A stretch of DNA of 48,219 nucleotides from an uncultured Deferribacteres bacterium (GCA_964014485.1 CAXHAT010000037.1:1-48219), one strand, 5' to 3'; shown: positions 35,213 to 45,921, counted from the first letter of the stretch. Made by a program: numbers and translations. Notes: a model not told the origin generated them from the sequence alone.

Positions 35213-36961
35213 CTATCCGGTAAAATAAAAATACGCTGCAAAGATGAGCGCCAACACAAGACCGGACGCCAAAACATCAACGCGCGTCCAGCTTGCGCGA
35301 GATTCGGCGCGATCTTCGCTGGTCATGGTGGCATAGGTCAGACCGCTGATTTGCTCATATTCGGGTTCTTCCGTCGCGTAGCTCACCCCGATCATAACGG
35401 CGACGCACACCAGAAAAATGATGAGGCTGTAATACTGAAAAAAGATGTTATTGACGATCCAGAGAAACGAGCCGGGGTCGTAGGCAAAGCCGTCGAAAAG
35501 CTTGACCGGCGTATCAACCGCGAGCCTGAAAACGCCCATCGCGAAGCCGACGCCGAGGGCGGCAAGGCAGCCTTTCGCGTTCAAACGTTTCATAAAAATG
35601 CCAAAGAAGAACACGACAAAAATTGGCGGCGCCAGATAGGCTTGCACCCCCTGCAAATAGTCGTACAGTCCTTTCCCGCCTTGAATCACTGGGATCCAAA
35701 GCAAGCCGACCAGGACCATAACCCCGGTCGCGACGCGTCCAACCCAAACCAATCGTGCTTGAGAAGCGTTTGGCCTGAATTTCGAGTAAAAGTCCATCGT
35801 GAACAACGTCGACGAAGCGTTGAAAACGCCCGCAAGTGAACTCATCAACGCGGCAAGCAATCCGGCCACGACAATGCCGCGGATGCCGACCGGAAGCACT
35901 GTTGTGACGAGCAATGGAAACGCCTGCTGCGCCTGGTCGCGAATGACCTCGCCGTTCGCGTCGAGCATAACTTCTTGAATGGACGCGACTTTGCCGCTTT
36001 GCGCCAACGCCATCGCGATCATACCGGGGATGATGAAAATAAACACAGGCAGCAGTTTCAAAAACGCAGCCGCAATAGTGCCGCGACGCGCTTGCGTTTC
36101 GTTCTCGGCGCCCAATGCACGCTGCACGATGTATTGATCCGTGCACCAGTACCACATGCCGATAATTGGGGCGCAGAACAACATACTGAGCCACGGGTAA
36201 TTGTCGTTGAAATACCACGCCATGCGTCCCGCCTCGCGCACAGGCGCCCAGGTGCCTTCAACGCCTTCGGGAACCAGCGGCTTCCAAAGGTTGAACATCT
36301 CCGACCCCAAAATCTGCCGGAGCTCGCCCCAGCCGCCCAGCGCTTGCAGACCAAAAACTGTGACGAGCAAAGAGCCAACGACAAGAACGACGGTTTGCAG
36401 CGCTTCGGTGTAGGCCACGGCGCGCAGCCCTCCCAAAACTGTGTAAAGCCCGGTAAAGAGAATGACGAGAATCGATCCAATCCAAAAGCTGTCCATGCCC
36501 AGGAAAGAAACATCCGGCAAAAGGACGCTGAACACCACGCCTCCTGCGAAAATGCCGACTGCGATTTTGGTGAGAACATAGGCGAAAAGCGAGATAATCG
36601 ACAACGTCCAGCGTGCGGTGGGGGAGAAGCGCTTCTCGAGGAATTCCGGCATGGTAAAGACTTTGGAGCGCATGTAGAACGGCACCATGACCCAGCCGAG
36701 CACAAGCAGACACCAGGCGTGCAATTCATAGTGCGCCAAAGCAACGCCGTCCGTCGCGCCCGCACCCGCTAGGCCAACAACATGCTCCGAACCAATGTTT
36801 GAAGCGAAAATCGACGCGCCGACAACGAACCAACCGAGATGGCGGCCAGCGAGAAAGTAGTCGTCGGAAGTGTTTTGCCTTTGCTTGATGACACGCCAAG
36901 CCAATCCCATGATAATTGCGAAATAGGCCAGAATCACCAGCCAGTCGAGTGTTTGTAACAA
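35213..36961 (-). CDS. Sodium:solute (sugar) symporter, SSS family
   Basis: DYFLAGR, ASIFASNIGSEH, TMPEFLEKRF, GGLRAVAYT, WYWCTDQYIVQR, LAALMSSL; GGAGG SD. Confidence 0.93.
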   Translation of the reverse strand: MLQTLDWLVILAYFAIIMGLAWRVIKQRQNTSDDYFLAGRHLGWFVVGASIFASNIGSEHVVGLAGAGATDGVALAHYELHAWCLLVLGWVMVPFYMRSKVFTMPEFLEKRFSPTARWTLSIISLFAYVLTKIAVGIFAGGVVFSVLLPDVSFLGMDSFWIGSILVILFTGLYTVLGGLRAVAYTEALQTVVLVVGSLLVTVFGLQALGGWGELRQILGSEMFNLWKPLVPEGVEGTWAPVREAGRMAWYFNDNYPWLSMLFCAPIIGMWYWCTDQYIVQRALGAENETQARRGTIAAAFLKLLPVFIFIIPGMIAMALAQSGKVASIQEVMLDANGEVIRDQAQQAFPLLVTTVLPVGIRGIVVAGLLAALMSSLAGVFNASSTLFTMDFYSKFRPNASQARLVWVGRVATGVMVLVGLLWIPVIQGGKGLYDYLQGVQAYLAPPIFVVFFFGIFMKRLNAKGCLAALGVGFAMGVFRLAVDTPVKLFDGFAYDPGSFLWIVNNIFFQYYSLIIFLVCVAVMIGVSYATEEPEYEQISGLTYATMTSEDRAESRASWTRVDVLASGLVLALIFAAYFYFTG

Positions 36962-37045
36962 TTCTTCCTCCCTCGAATCCGAAGCTATGCTTAAAATCTA
37001 AACCGTTCTCAAAAACCGATGCGTAATTGTTTAGCCTGGCTCGTC

Positions 37046-37160
37046 GCCACAGGTTGAAACCTGCGGCTAACTTGGAAAAACCCGCCTGAAGACGGCTCAA
37101 CCTCCAGCCTGCTTTAGCAGGGTTCAGGCGGATTAGCCTGACGGTTCAACGTCAGGCGGG
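37046..37160. repeat. REP-like multi-hairpin element
   Basis: GCCACAGG-TTGAAA-CCTGCGGC, CCTGC-TTTA-GCAGG, GCCTGACG-GTTCAA-CGTCAGGC and the IR CCGCCTGAA/TTCAGGCGG. Confidence 0.65.
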
Positions 37161-37179
37161 CTGAACATCTACACCGATG

Positions 37180-38217
37180 CTACCCAGCCATTTCTTCTCG
37201 AATGCGTTCAAGCAAGGCTTTCGTTTTTCGAATTCCCTCAGGCTCGGAATGATCCTGGCCTTCGTATTCAATTCCGACATAGCCGCGATAACCGGCGTCG
37301 ACGACGATTTTCATGAGTTTGCGAAAATCCGAGTCAACTTCGTCGCCGTTTTCGTCGAATTTGTGTGATTTTGCGCTGACGGCTTTGGCGTAAGGCATGA
37401 GTTCGCCGACGCCCTTGTTGCGGTCGTACCAGTTTTCTTCCGACATGTCGAAGCGATTGTCCGACAGCCAGAAATTACCAAAATCCGGCAGGGTGCCGAC
37501 GCGGGGATGATCGACCAATTCCATCACGCCCGCAAGCCAGGAGGCGTCACTGGAAATGCCGCCGTGGTTTTCGACGATGATGTTTATGCCGTGCTGTTCG
37601 CCATATTCGCACAAACGACGCAGTCCGTCGGCGGCGAGCTTTTGCTGTTCTTCGGGGCTCAAATTGTGGTCGCTGGCGGCGTTGACACGGATAGAGTGGC
37701 AGCCAAGAAATTTGGCGGCTTCAACCCATTTGTAATGATTTTCAACCGTTTTGGTACGTGCGGCTTCCTCGGGTGCGCCAATGTTGCCCTCGGCGTCGCA
37801 CATAATGAGCAGGCTTGTCACGCCCTCGCTGTCGGCGCGATTTTTTAGTTCGGCAAGATATTCGGAATCCTTCGCGCGGTCAAAATAGAATGTGTTGACA
37901 TATTCGATGGCGTCAATGCCAAATTCCTGACGGGCGATGCGGGCAAAATCGAGCGGATCATAGGTGCCGCCGGTTACGAGGTCACGATAATTTTCGCTGT
38001 ACAGCATCTGACCAAACTGCACCCAACCCATCTTTGCCGGGTCTTGGCTGAAAAAAGATTTATGCAATGACCACTGTGCCAGCGAAATTTTGAAAAGAGG
38101 CTCTTTGGCTGCGTCTCCGCCTCTGGATTGACAAGCCCAGGGCGCAAAGCTTAAAGCAGCCGCAGCGCCAGTCGTCATTTTAATAAAATCGCGTCGATTG
38201 AAATTTGTCGCACTCAT
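37180..38217 (-). CDS. Tat-exported sugar phosphate isomerase/epimerase-like TIM barrel (AP_endonuc_2)
   Basis: NRRDFIK Tat motif with possible lipobox Cys; ISLAQWSLH, IEYVN, LGCHSIRVN, VENHGG, TLPDFGNF, VSAK, GIEYEG. Confidence 0.88.
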   Translation of the reverse strand: MSATNFNRRDFIKMTTGAAAALSFAPWACQSRGGDAAKEPLFKISLAQWSLHKSFFSQDPAKMGWVQFGQMLYSENYRDLVTGGTYDPLDFARIARQEFGIDAIEYVNTFYFDRAKDSEYLAELKNRADSEGVTSLLIMCDAEGNIGAPEEAARTKTVENHYKWVEAAKFLGCHSIRVNAASDHNLSPEEQQKLAADGLRRLCEYGEQHGINIIVENHGGISSDASWLAGVMELVDHPRVGTLPDFGNFWLSDNRFDMSEENWYDRNKGVGELMPYAKAVSAKSHKFDENGDEVDSDFRKLMKIVVDAGYRGYVGIEYEGQDHSEPEGIRKTKALLERIREEMAG

Positions 38218-38584
38218 TTTCTCCCTCCGCTCCGCTTGTTTTTTGTGGATTTGAGCTCGAAATTACGCTTTTCCTCGAAAACTCGGTGAGATTAGCCAAT
38301 GGCTCAGGAAATGGCAAGCTAGATCAATCCGGTAAAACGTTTAACAAACTTCAACGACAATGCGTGCAAATTGACTGATTGCGCTTGATTTCAAGACATT
38401 AAAGTTTAGTTTTTAAAGCGCTTTGCGTTTTAATCTGATTTGAACATTTTCGTAGTATGCCGGTCATTTTTTCGTAGTTGTTTTGCTATTCCGGACTAGG
38501 TTCAAACTCTTTTCAGTTGGCGAGAGTCCGTCTATCAGACAGCAACATTATTTCGGCGTTTGACAATTAAGTCATGGAGAATGC

Positions 38585-40807
38585 GTGCTCATGAGAAACT
38601 TTTCCAGGATTGCACTTAGAAGTTTTCTATTATTCACGATTATCATTTACGGTTCGCAAATTTCTGCGGCTTCCGATTGGCCGAGCTGGCGCGGGCCGAA
38701 CCAGAACGGCGTTTCGGATGAGACCGGCCTGGTTTCGTCATGGTCGCTGGAAGGCGAAAATTTGATTTGGCGCTCCGATTTTAGCGGTCGCTCAACCCCG
38801 GTAATTATGAACGGCCGGGTCTACGCGCTTGGCCGGACCGGAACAGACGTTGACCGGTCGGCAATTCTCACCTGCTTTGACGCCGGCGACGGTAAAGTCA
38901 TTTGGGAAGAGCGCATCAGCCTCTACCACACCACCGTACCGTTTACACGCGTCGGCTGGACGCACGTGGTCGGCGATCCTGAAACCGGCAACGTTTACAT
39001 TCTCGGCGTTGGCGGTGTTTTCCGCGGCTATAACGGCGACGGCAAGTTGCTCTGGCACCGTTCTCTGACGGAAGAATTCTGGATGTGGTCAGGCTATGGC
39101 GGACGCACCAACAATCCAATTATTGACGAAGATCGGGTGATCCTGACCATCGCAAACTATGGCTGGGGTCCGGAATTCGGCAACTGGAGCCATCGCTTCT
39201 ATGCCTTCGATAAACACACTGGTGAAATTCAATGGATCACCGCTCCGGGCGGCCGTTCGAAAGATTTGAACACGTTTTCAATCCCGGTCGTGACCGTCAT
39301 CAACGGCCAGCGTCTGTTGATTCACGGTAACACCGACGGCGGCGTTTATGCGATTAACGCGCGCACTGGCAAGAAAATCTGGGGTTTTAACCTCAGCAAG
39401 CGCGGCGTCAACGTTTCGCCAGTGGTTTATAACGACAAAGTTTATATCGGCCACAGCGAGGAAAACATCGACGAAGCGACGATGGGACGACTTGTTTGCA
39501 TTGACGCGACCGGCTCCGGCGACGTGACCAAAACGCATGAAAAATGGCGTTACGCCGTCGGCATTGGCTACACCACGCCGGTGATCAAAAACGACCGCGT
39601 TTACATCGTCGACAACTCGGCCAATTTAATTTGCCTGGACGCCAACACCGGTAAAGAATTCTGGATTCATAATCTCGGCACTGTCGGTAAAGCGTCACCG
39701 GTTTGGGCGGACGGCAAAATTTACGTGCCGGAACTGAACGGCCGTTTCCACATTCTCAAGCCCACCGACGAAGGCTGCGAAGAACTCGATCTCACTGAAA
39801 TAAAACTGGAAAACGGACGCGGCGCGGAAATTTATGCCTCCCCAGCCGTCGCTTATGGCCGAGTTTATTTCCCGACCGAGGAAGGCATGTACTGCATCGG
39901 CGACAAAAGCGCGCCGTTCAGCCCAACCAAGCCCGCCATGCCCGATTTGAACGACGGAGAAGCTGAGAAAAATGCGGAAATTGCGCACATTCAAGTTAGC
40001 CCGGCTGTAAAAATGATACGCTCCGGCGAATCGGTCAATTTCAAAGTCCGCGCTTTCGATGAGCGCGGTCGTTATGTTCGCGATCTCAAAAAAGGCGAAT
40101 TCTCTCTAGATGGACTACAAGGGAAAATCAACAAAAAGGGCAAGTTTGTCTCAGACAAAAACAGTCGCGAGCACATCGGCAAAGTCATGGTCAAATCCGG
40201 CGATCTCGAAGCGGTCGCCGATATTCGCGTGATCCCGGCGCTGCCGTGGTCGTTCGATTTTAACGAGATGGAAGACGGCGTCAGTCCGCCGTCCTGGGTC
40301 GGGGCAAACAAGAAATTTGTCGTGCGAACCATCGACGACGAAAAAGTGCTTGTGAAGCCGCGCGCGCCAATCGGTCTGCATCGCACCTCGGCGTATTTTG
40401 GGCCTTCGACGATGAAGGGGTACACCGTGCAAACGGACGCCCTCGGCACAAAGGATAAGCGCCGCATCCCGGACATGGGTTTGATTGCCAACGGCTATAT
40501 TTTGGATTTACAGGGGAAGTTGAAAAAACTCGAAATCCGCTCGTGGACTTCCGTGCTGCGCATGGCGAAAACCGAGAAATTCGAATTTCAGCCCGACACG
40601 TGGTACACAATGAAAATGCGCGTGGATTACGAAGGAGGCAAGGCCATTGTCAAAGGCAAAGTCTGGCTGCGCGGCGAGACGGAACCGGGAGAATGGACAA
40701 TTACCGCCGAAGACCCGCACCCGATTTTGGAGGGCAGCCCGGGGCTTTATGGCAATTCTCCGTCGCTTGTTTATTACGACAACATTAAAGTAACCAGGAG
40801 TGAATAA
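38585..40807 (+). CDS. PQQ-like (BamB-type) beta-propeller protein with Ig-like and ConA-like C-terminal domains
   Basis: Signal peptide, DWPSWRGP, repeated xDAxTGxxxW blades. Start is GTG 38585 or ATG 38591. Confidence 0.85.
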   Translation: MLMRNFSRIALRSFLLFTIIIYGSQISAASDWPSWRGPNQNGVSDETGLVSSWSLEGENLIWRSDFSGRSTPVIMNGRVYALGRTGTDVDRSAILTCFDAGDGKVIWEERISLYHTTVPFTRVGWTHVVGDPETGNVYILGVGGVFRGYNGDGKLLWHRSLTEEFWMWSGYGGRTNNPIIDEDRVILTIANYGWGPEFGNWSHRFYAFDKHTGEIQWITAPGGRSKDLNTFSIPVVTVINGQRLLIHGNTDGGVYAINARTGKKIWGFNLSKRGVNVSPVVYNDKVYIGHSEENIDEATMGRLVCIDATGSGDVTKTHEKWRYAVGIGYTTPVIKNDRVYIVDNSANLICLDANTGKEFWIHNLGTVGKASPVWADGKIYVPELNGRFHILKPTDEGCEELDLTEIKLENGRGAEIYASPAVAYGRVYFPTEEGMYCIGDKSAPFSPTKPAMPDLNDGEAEKNAEIAHIQVSPAVKMIRSGESVNFKVRAFDERGRYVRDLKKGEFSLDGLQGKINKKGKFVSDKNSREHIGKVMVKSGDLEAVADIRVIPALPWSFDFNEMEDGVSPPSWVGANKKFVVRTIDDEKVLVKPRAPIGLHRTSAYFGPSTMKGYTVQTDALGTKDKRRIPDMGLIANGYILDLQGKLKKLEIRSWTSVLRMAKTEKFEFQPDTWYTMKMRVDYEGGKAIVKGKVWLRGETEPGEWTITAEDPHPILEGSPGLYGNSPSLVYYDNIKVTRSE

Positions 40808-42267
40808 TGAAAATCTTTCGGAAATTGAAATCGGAACCGCAACTGCTGGTTCATTTGCTCATCGGCGCGGCGGTCGTTTCAATGATCGCGTTCTATTCTT
40901 CGGACATGGCGATGTTCGGCGGCACCTATTCGCGCAACATGGTTTCCAGCGAAACCGGCCTGCCGGACGATTGGGACGCGGATACAAATATGAATATCAA
41001 ATGGATGCAGCCGCTCGGATCGCAATCTTACGCAGGCCCGGTCGTTTTCGACGGCAAGGTTTTCATGGGAACGAATAATGAAGGCGTGCGCAATCCGAAA
41101 TACACCGGCGATAAAGGCAACGTCATGGCCTTCGTCGCGGAAACCGGCGAATTTCTCTGGCAGTCCGTCCACGACAAACTTTCCGCCGGACGTGTAAACG
41201 ATTGGCCGCTGCAGGGCGTTTGTTCGACCCCGTTTATCGAAGGCGACCGCATGTGGTACCTTTCAAATCGCGCCGAGGTCGTCTGTCTCGATATCAACGG
41301 TTTTTATGATGACGAAAACGACGGCCCGATGACTGACGAAGCCAACAAAGGCAAAACCGACGCTGATTTTATTTGGTCTTATGACATGATTGAAGAGTTG
41401 GACGTCTTCCCGCACAATTTGGCCACAAGTTCGCCGCTAGTCGCGGAAGATTTGGTTTTTATCGTCACTGGCAACGGCGTGGATGAAGGTCATGTTTTGA
41501 TTCCTTCGCCGGATGCGCCGAGTTTTATCGCCGTGAATAAAAACACGGGCGAATTGGTCTGGGAAAGCGCACTGCCCGGCGAGAATATTCTGCACGGTCA
41601 GTGGGCGAATCCGACTTACGGCGTGATCGATGGTCGCGCGCAGGTGATCTTTCCCGGCGGCGACGGCTGGCTGTATTCTTTTGCGCCCAAAACCGGCGAG
41701 CTTCTGTGGAAATTCGACTGCAACCCAAAAGAGTCGGTTTGGGAACTTGGCGGTCTCGGCACGCGCAACAATCTGATCGGCACCGCGGTGATCTGGGACG
41801 ACAAAGTTTACATCGGCGTTGGTCAGGATCCTGAGCACGGGGAAAGCACCGGCCATCTTTACGCCATCGACGCTTCCGGCAGCGGCGACGTGACTGATAC
41901 GCACGTCGTCTGGCGGCGCGAGGGCGAAGATTACAATCGCACGATTTCAACCGTAGCCATTGATGATGGCATTCTCTACGCCGCCGATTTGAGCGGATTC
42001 CTTTATTGTCTTGACGCCAAGACCGGCGAGCATTACTGGACGTACGATACATTTGCGGCGGTTTGGGGCTCGCCTTTCGTCGCTGATGGAAAAGTATACC
42101 TGGGTGATGAAGACGGCGATATCGTCATTCTCAAGGCTGGCAAAACCAAAGAAGTCTTAAAAGAAGTCAACATGGGCAGCGCGGTCTATACCACGCCGGT
42201 CGCCAAAGACGGCGTGCTCTACGTCGGTGCACGCAATCGTTTGTTTGCGATTGAAAAGAAGTCATGA
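40807..42267 (+). CDS. PQQ-like beta-propeller repeat protein
   Basis: TAATG overlap with the upstream gene; MFGG..SRN, NIKW..PLGSQSY, repeated TGE..W blades. Confidence 0.85.
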   Translation: MKIFRKLKSEPQLLVHLLIGAAVVSMIAFYSSDMAMFGGTYSRNMVSSETGLPDDWDADTNMNIKWMQPLGSQSYAGPVVFDGKVFMGTNNEGVRNPKYTGDKGNVMAFVAETGEFLWQSVHDKLSAGRVNDWPLQGVCSTPFIEGDRMWYLSNRAEVVCLDINGFYDDENDGPMTDEANKGKTDADFIWSYDMIEELDVFPHNLATSSPLVAEDLVFIVTGNGVDEGHVLIPSPDAPSFIAVNKNTGELVWESALPGENILHGQWANPTYGVIDGRAQVIFPGGDGWLYSFAPKTGELLWKFDCNPKESVWELGGLGTRNNLIGTAVIWDDKVYIGVGQDPEHGESTGHLYAIDASGSGDVTDTHVVWRREGEDYNRTISTVAIDDGILYAADLSGFLYCLDAKTGEHYWTYDTFAAVWGSPFVADGKVYLGDEDGDIVILKAGKTKEVLKEVNMGSAVYTTPVAKDGVLYVGARNRLFAIEKKS

Positions 42268-42274
42268 CCAGAAG

Positions 42275-42302
42275 CCCTGACAGGGTTCGAACCCTGTCAG
42301 GG
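42275..42302. repeat. Perfect 28-bp palindrome (REP-like/terminator-like)
   Basis: CCCTGACAGGGTTCGAACCCTGTCAGGG equals its own reverse complement. Confidence 0.7.
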
Positions 42303-42324
42303 TTGGAGTGACCAGCAAACTTTA

Positions 42325-43329
42325 ATGACAAGCCTCCCCCCAATTTCCGTCATTCTGCCCGTTTTTAATGCCGCAAATACCCTCCGCTCTGCTGTCGAAA
42401 GTATCTTAAAACAAACATTTCACGATTTTGAATTCTTGATTATTGACGACGGCTCCACCGATCAGAGCTTAGAAATTTTATCCCGGATCAAAGACGCACG
42501 CATAAAAATTTTACGGCAAAAGCACGCCGGGATCGCCATCGCCTTGAATGCCGGTTTAGCCGCTGCTCAAGGAGAATTCATTGCTCGTATGGACGCAGAC
42601 GACTTGAGCCTGCCAGAGAGATTTGCGCGGCAATTGGCTTTGATTGAGAGCGATTCACGGATAGGCGTTGTCGGCTGTCGAGTTGAGATGTTTCCAGCTA
42701 ACGAACTCACGCATGGCATGAAGTTTTACCTCAATTGGTTGAACAGCCTTTTGTCTCACGAAGAAATCGTTACGAATCTTTTTGTGGAAACGCCGCTGGC
42801 CCATCCGACGATGTTTTTTCGTAAAGCTGCGTTGATTGACGTTGGCGGTTACCGAGCCGGTGATTTTCCAGAAGATTATGATTTGCTTTTTCGTTTGCAT
42901 GAAAAGGGCTGGCGTTTCTCAAAATCGCCTACAGTGCTTTATCAGTTGCGGGATCACCCTCAGCGCTTGTCTCGCACCAACAGTGCTTATTCCGAAGCGG
43001 CTTTTCGCCGTTTGAAAGCATTCTATCTTTTCAAAAATATCATCACAGAAGAAACAAAGTTTTCAATCTGGGGCGCAGGGCGGGACGGCAAGAAGATGTG
43101 CGCCGAACTCTTGAAATGTAATCGTCGTCCAGGATCTTTTATCGATATTGACCCCAAGAAAATTGGCGGCGCAGTGCGAGAGATTCCCGTTCTTTCTTAT
43201 CAAGAGCTCTCTAAAAATATGGGCTTGGTGCTTGTCTGCGTTGGGACGAAGGGAGCGCGTGATGAGATTCGCACCCATTTGCGCAAAGCCGATTTCGTCG
43301 AAGGGGACGATTTCATTTGTGTTGCGTAA
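42325..43329 (+). CDS. Family 2 glycosyltransferase with C-terminal Rossmann-like domain
   Basis: ISVILPVFN, IIDDGSTD, ARMDADD, HPT, EDY; C-terminal IWGAG..GK. Confidence 0.88.
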   Translation: MTSLPPISVILPVFNAANTLRSAVESILKQTFHDFEFLIIDDGSTDQSLEILSRIKDARIKILRQKHAGIAIALNAGLAAAQGEFIARMDADDLSLPERFARQLALIESDSRIGVVGCRVEMFPANELTHGMKFYLNWLNSLLSHEEIVTNLFVETPLAHPTMFFRKAALIDVGGYRAGDFPEDYDLLFRLHEKGWRFSKSPTVLYQLRDHPQRLSRTNSAYSEAAFRRLKAFYLFKNIITEETKFSIWGAGRDGKKMCAELLKCNRRPGSFIDIDPKKIGGAVREIPVLSYQELSKNMGLVLVCVGTKGARDEIRTHLRKADFVEGDDFICVA

Positions 43330-43379
43330 CAAAGCGTTTTATATCCCGCCCTGGAAAAACTATATTTTTGAATATTGAG

Positions 43380-44186
43380 ATGCGGTTTCACTACCTGGAA
43401 ATCGGCGAAAACTCGTCGCGTCCCGTTCTTTTTTTGCACGGCTTCTTGGGCTGCGCTGAAGACTGGAAACCAATCATGTCAGCATTGTCCGAATCGTTCA
43501 GGTGCTTTGCACTGGATTTACCCGGCCACGATGCGACGCAGACGGATTCTGATGATGAATTTGAAATGCCGGGTTGCGCGCAGGCGGTCGTCGAATGGCT
43601 TGCCGCAAAAGATTTGGCTAAATGCGATTTGGTCGGCTATTCCATGGGCGGCAGGCTGGCGCTATACCTGGCTTTGAATTTTCCTGAGAGATTTAATCGC
43701 GTGATCTTGGAATCAGCTTCGCCGGGCTTGCGAACGAAAAAAGAAAGGACGGAACGAAGGAAAGCCGACGCGATTTTGGCGGGAAAGATAACTAGCCAAT
43801 CGTTGACTGAGTTTTTAAATACGTGGTATAACTTGCCGCTGTTCGGCGATATTTTGTCAAAGCCGGGAGTTCAGGAGCTTCTGACGCGTCGAGTGCGAAA
43901 TTGCCCGACAGGTCTTGCGAAATCTCTACAGAAAATAGGCGCCGGGAGCCAACCAGATTTATGGTCTCAGCTCAAAAAGTGTCAAAACAGAATGTTACTG
44001 ATTGCCGGTGAAAAGGATGTTAAATACCGGCGTATTCATCAGGAAATGATCGCTTTTTTGCCGAATGCGAAGCGATGCACGATTTCCGGTGCGTCTCACA
44101 ACACGCATTTTGAAAAGCCGAAAGAATTTACTTTTCAACTAAAACATTTTTTACAGATTGGAGGAAAATTTCATGAGTTCATTTAA
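43380..44186 (+). CDS. menH: 2-succinyl-6-hydroxy-2,4-cyclohexadiene-1-carboxylate synthase
   Basis: [27 protein letters not shown]...D, GEKD.KY, HN.H; directly upstream of menB. Confidence 0.88.
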   Translation: MRFHYLEIGENSSRPVLFLHGFLGCAEDWKPIMSALSESFRCFALDLPGHDATQTDSDDEFEMPGCAQAVVEWLAAKDLAKCDLVGYSMGGRLALYLALNFPERFNRVILESASPGLRTKKERTERRKADAILAGKITSQSLTEFLNTWYNLPLFGDILSKPGVQELLTRRVRNCPTGLAKSLQKIGAGSQPDLWSQLKKCQNRMLLIAGEKDVKYRRIHQEMIAFLPNAKRCTISGASHNTHFEKPKEFTFQLKHFLQIGGKFHEFI

Positions 44187-44994
44187 CTGGACGTCGGCGA
44201 AAGAATATACCGACATCAAGTACGAAAAAACCGAGGGCGTGGCTAAAATAACCATCAATCGCCCGCACGTTCGAAACGCTTTTCGCCCGCTGACGGTTCG
44301 GGAAATGATTGAAGCCTTGGACGATGCTCGTGACGATGCGGAGATCGGCGTTATTATTTTGACCGGCGAAGGGGAAAAAGCCTTTTGTTCCGGCGGCGAT
44401 CAAAAAATTCGCGGCGACGCCGGGTACGTGGATAGCCAAGGCATACACCGTCTCAATGTTCTGGATTTTCAGCGGCAAATGCGCGCCTGCCCCAAACCCA
44501 TCATCGCAATGGTGGCGGGATATGCGGTCGGCGGTGGGCACGTGCTGCATGTCATGTGTGATCTGACGATCGCTGCTGAAAACGCGATTTTTCAGCAAAC
44601 CGGCCCAAAAGTCGGTTCATTTGACGGTGGGTACGGTTCGAGCTATCTTGCTCGCATCATCGGGCAGAAAAAGGCGCGTGAAATTTGGTTTCTATGTCGT
44701 CAGTACAACGCACAACAGGCTCTGGATATGGGGCTGGTGAACACCGTTGTGCCTTATGAAAAGCTCGAAGAAGAGACGATGCAATGGTGCCGTGAAATTC
44801 TACAACATTCGCCTTTGGCGCTGCGTTGTCTGAAAGCCGGGCTCAACGCGGACTGCGACGGTCAAGCGGGTTTACAAGAACTCGCTGGAAACGCTACACT
44901 GCTTTTCTATATGACCGAAGAAGGGCAGGAGGGGCGTAATGCTTTTAACGACAAACGCAAACCGGATTTTGGGAAATTTCCACGCAGACCTTAA
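44173..44994 (+). CDS. menB: 1,4-dihydroxy-2-naphthoyl-CoA synthase
   Basis: [56 protein letters not shown]. Confidence 0.96.
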   Translation: MSSFNWTSAKEYTDIKYEKTEGVAKITINRPHVRNAFRPLTVREMIEALDDARDDAEIGVIILTGEGEKAFCSGGDQKIRGDAGYVDSQGIHRLNVLDFQRQMRACPKPIIAMVAGYAVGGGHVLHVMCDLTIAAENAIFQQTGPKVGSFDGGYGSSYLARIIGQKKAREIWFLCRQYNAQQALDMGLVNTVVPYEKLEEETMQWCREILQHSPLALRCLKAGLNADCDGQAGLQELAGNATLLFYMTEEGQEGRNAFNDKRKPDFGKFPRRP

Positions 44995-45038
44995 TTCTGC
45001 ATTACAGCTATTTCGAAAATTCATCATGGAAAAGAGAA

Positions 45039-45917
45039 TTGTCTAAAATCCGGATTTGGTTAAGCGCAACCCGCCCGAAGACGCTTTGGGCGGCGATTGG
45101 CCCTGTTGTTATGGGGCTCGCGATTGCTTTTGACGATGGTTTCTTCCATTGGCCTTCCGCCGTTGCGGTTCTTGTCGCCGCTGTTTTGATACAAATCGGG
45201 ACAAACTTTGCGAACGACTATTTTGATTTTGTCAAAGGCGCGGATACTTCTGAGCGGCAGGGGCCGACACGCGCAACACAGGCCGGACTCGTCCGGCCCG
45301 AATCTATGAAAATCGCCTATGTTGCGGTATTCTCTTTGGCTCTGCTGATTGGCGTATACATTGCGTGGCGCGGCGGTTGGCCGATCATCGTTATAGGATC
45401 GATTTCGATCCTGCTCGGCGTGCTGTACACGGCAACGCCGTTCGCCTTGTCCTACACAGGTTTCGCTGATCTGTTCGTGCTCGTTTTCTTTGGCCCTGTG
45501 GCGGTCGGCGGGACTTATTACGTTCAAAGTTTGACGGTGAATCCGCTCGCGGTTATTGCCGGTTTTGCGCCAGGTCTCATTTCCACGGCAATCCTGACTG
45601 TAAATAACTTGCGAGACGTCGAACAAGATAGAAAAGCGGAAAAGAGAACGCTTGCCGTACGTTTCGGCAAGCGTTTCGCAAAAACCGAGTATCTGCTAAC
45701 GATCACTGTTGCCGGTATCATTCCTGTAACATTGGTTTACCTGACCGCAGCGCATTTTTTCTCTCTTGCTGCTCTGATTTCTTTCCTGATGATTTACCCC
45801 GCCGTCAAGGTTGTATTGAGCGATGCCCAAGGGATTGTTCTGAACGAAGTTTTGGCCGACACCGGCAAGTTCCTTTTGGCGTTCAGTCTACTTTTTTCCA
45901 TTGGCTGGGTCTTATAA
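45039..45917 (+). CDS. menA: 1,4-dihydroxy-2-naphthoate prenyltransferase
   Basis: RPKTL, QIGTNFANDYFD..KGAD, VNNLRD...D....KRTLAVR; TTG start. Confidence 0.92.
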   Translation: MSKIRIWLSATRPKTLWAAIGPVVMGLAIAFDDGFFHWPSAVAVLVAAVLIQIGTNFANDYFDFVKGADTSERQGPTRATQAGLVRPESMKIAYVAVFSLALLIGVYIAWRGGWPIIVIGSISILLGVLYTATPFALSYTGFADLFVLVFFGPVAVGGTYYVQSLTVNPLAVIAGFAPGLISTAILTVNNLRDVEQDRKAEKRTLAVRFGKRFAKTEYLLTITVAGIIPVTLVYLTAAHFFSLAALISFLMIYPAVKVVLSDAQGIVLNEVLADTGKFLLAFSLLFSIGWVL

Positions 45918-45921
45918 TTTC

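Noticed and set aside
158..44172. Upstream-extended starts in the ORF track (158, 11919, 14778, 17758, 32529, 43317, 44158)
   Set aside because: Downstream ATGs have better SDs, give proper signal peptides, or avoid overlaps.
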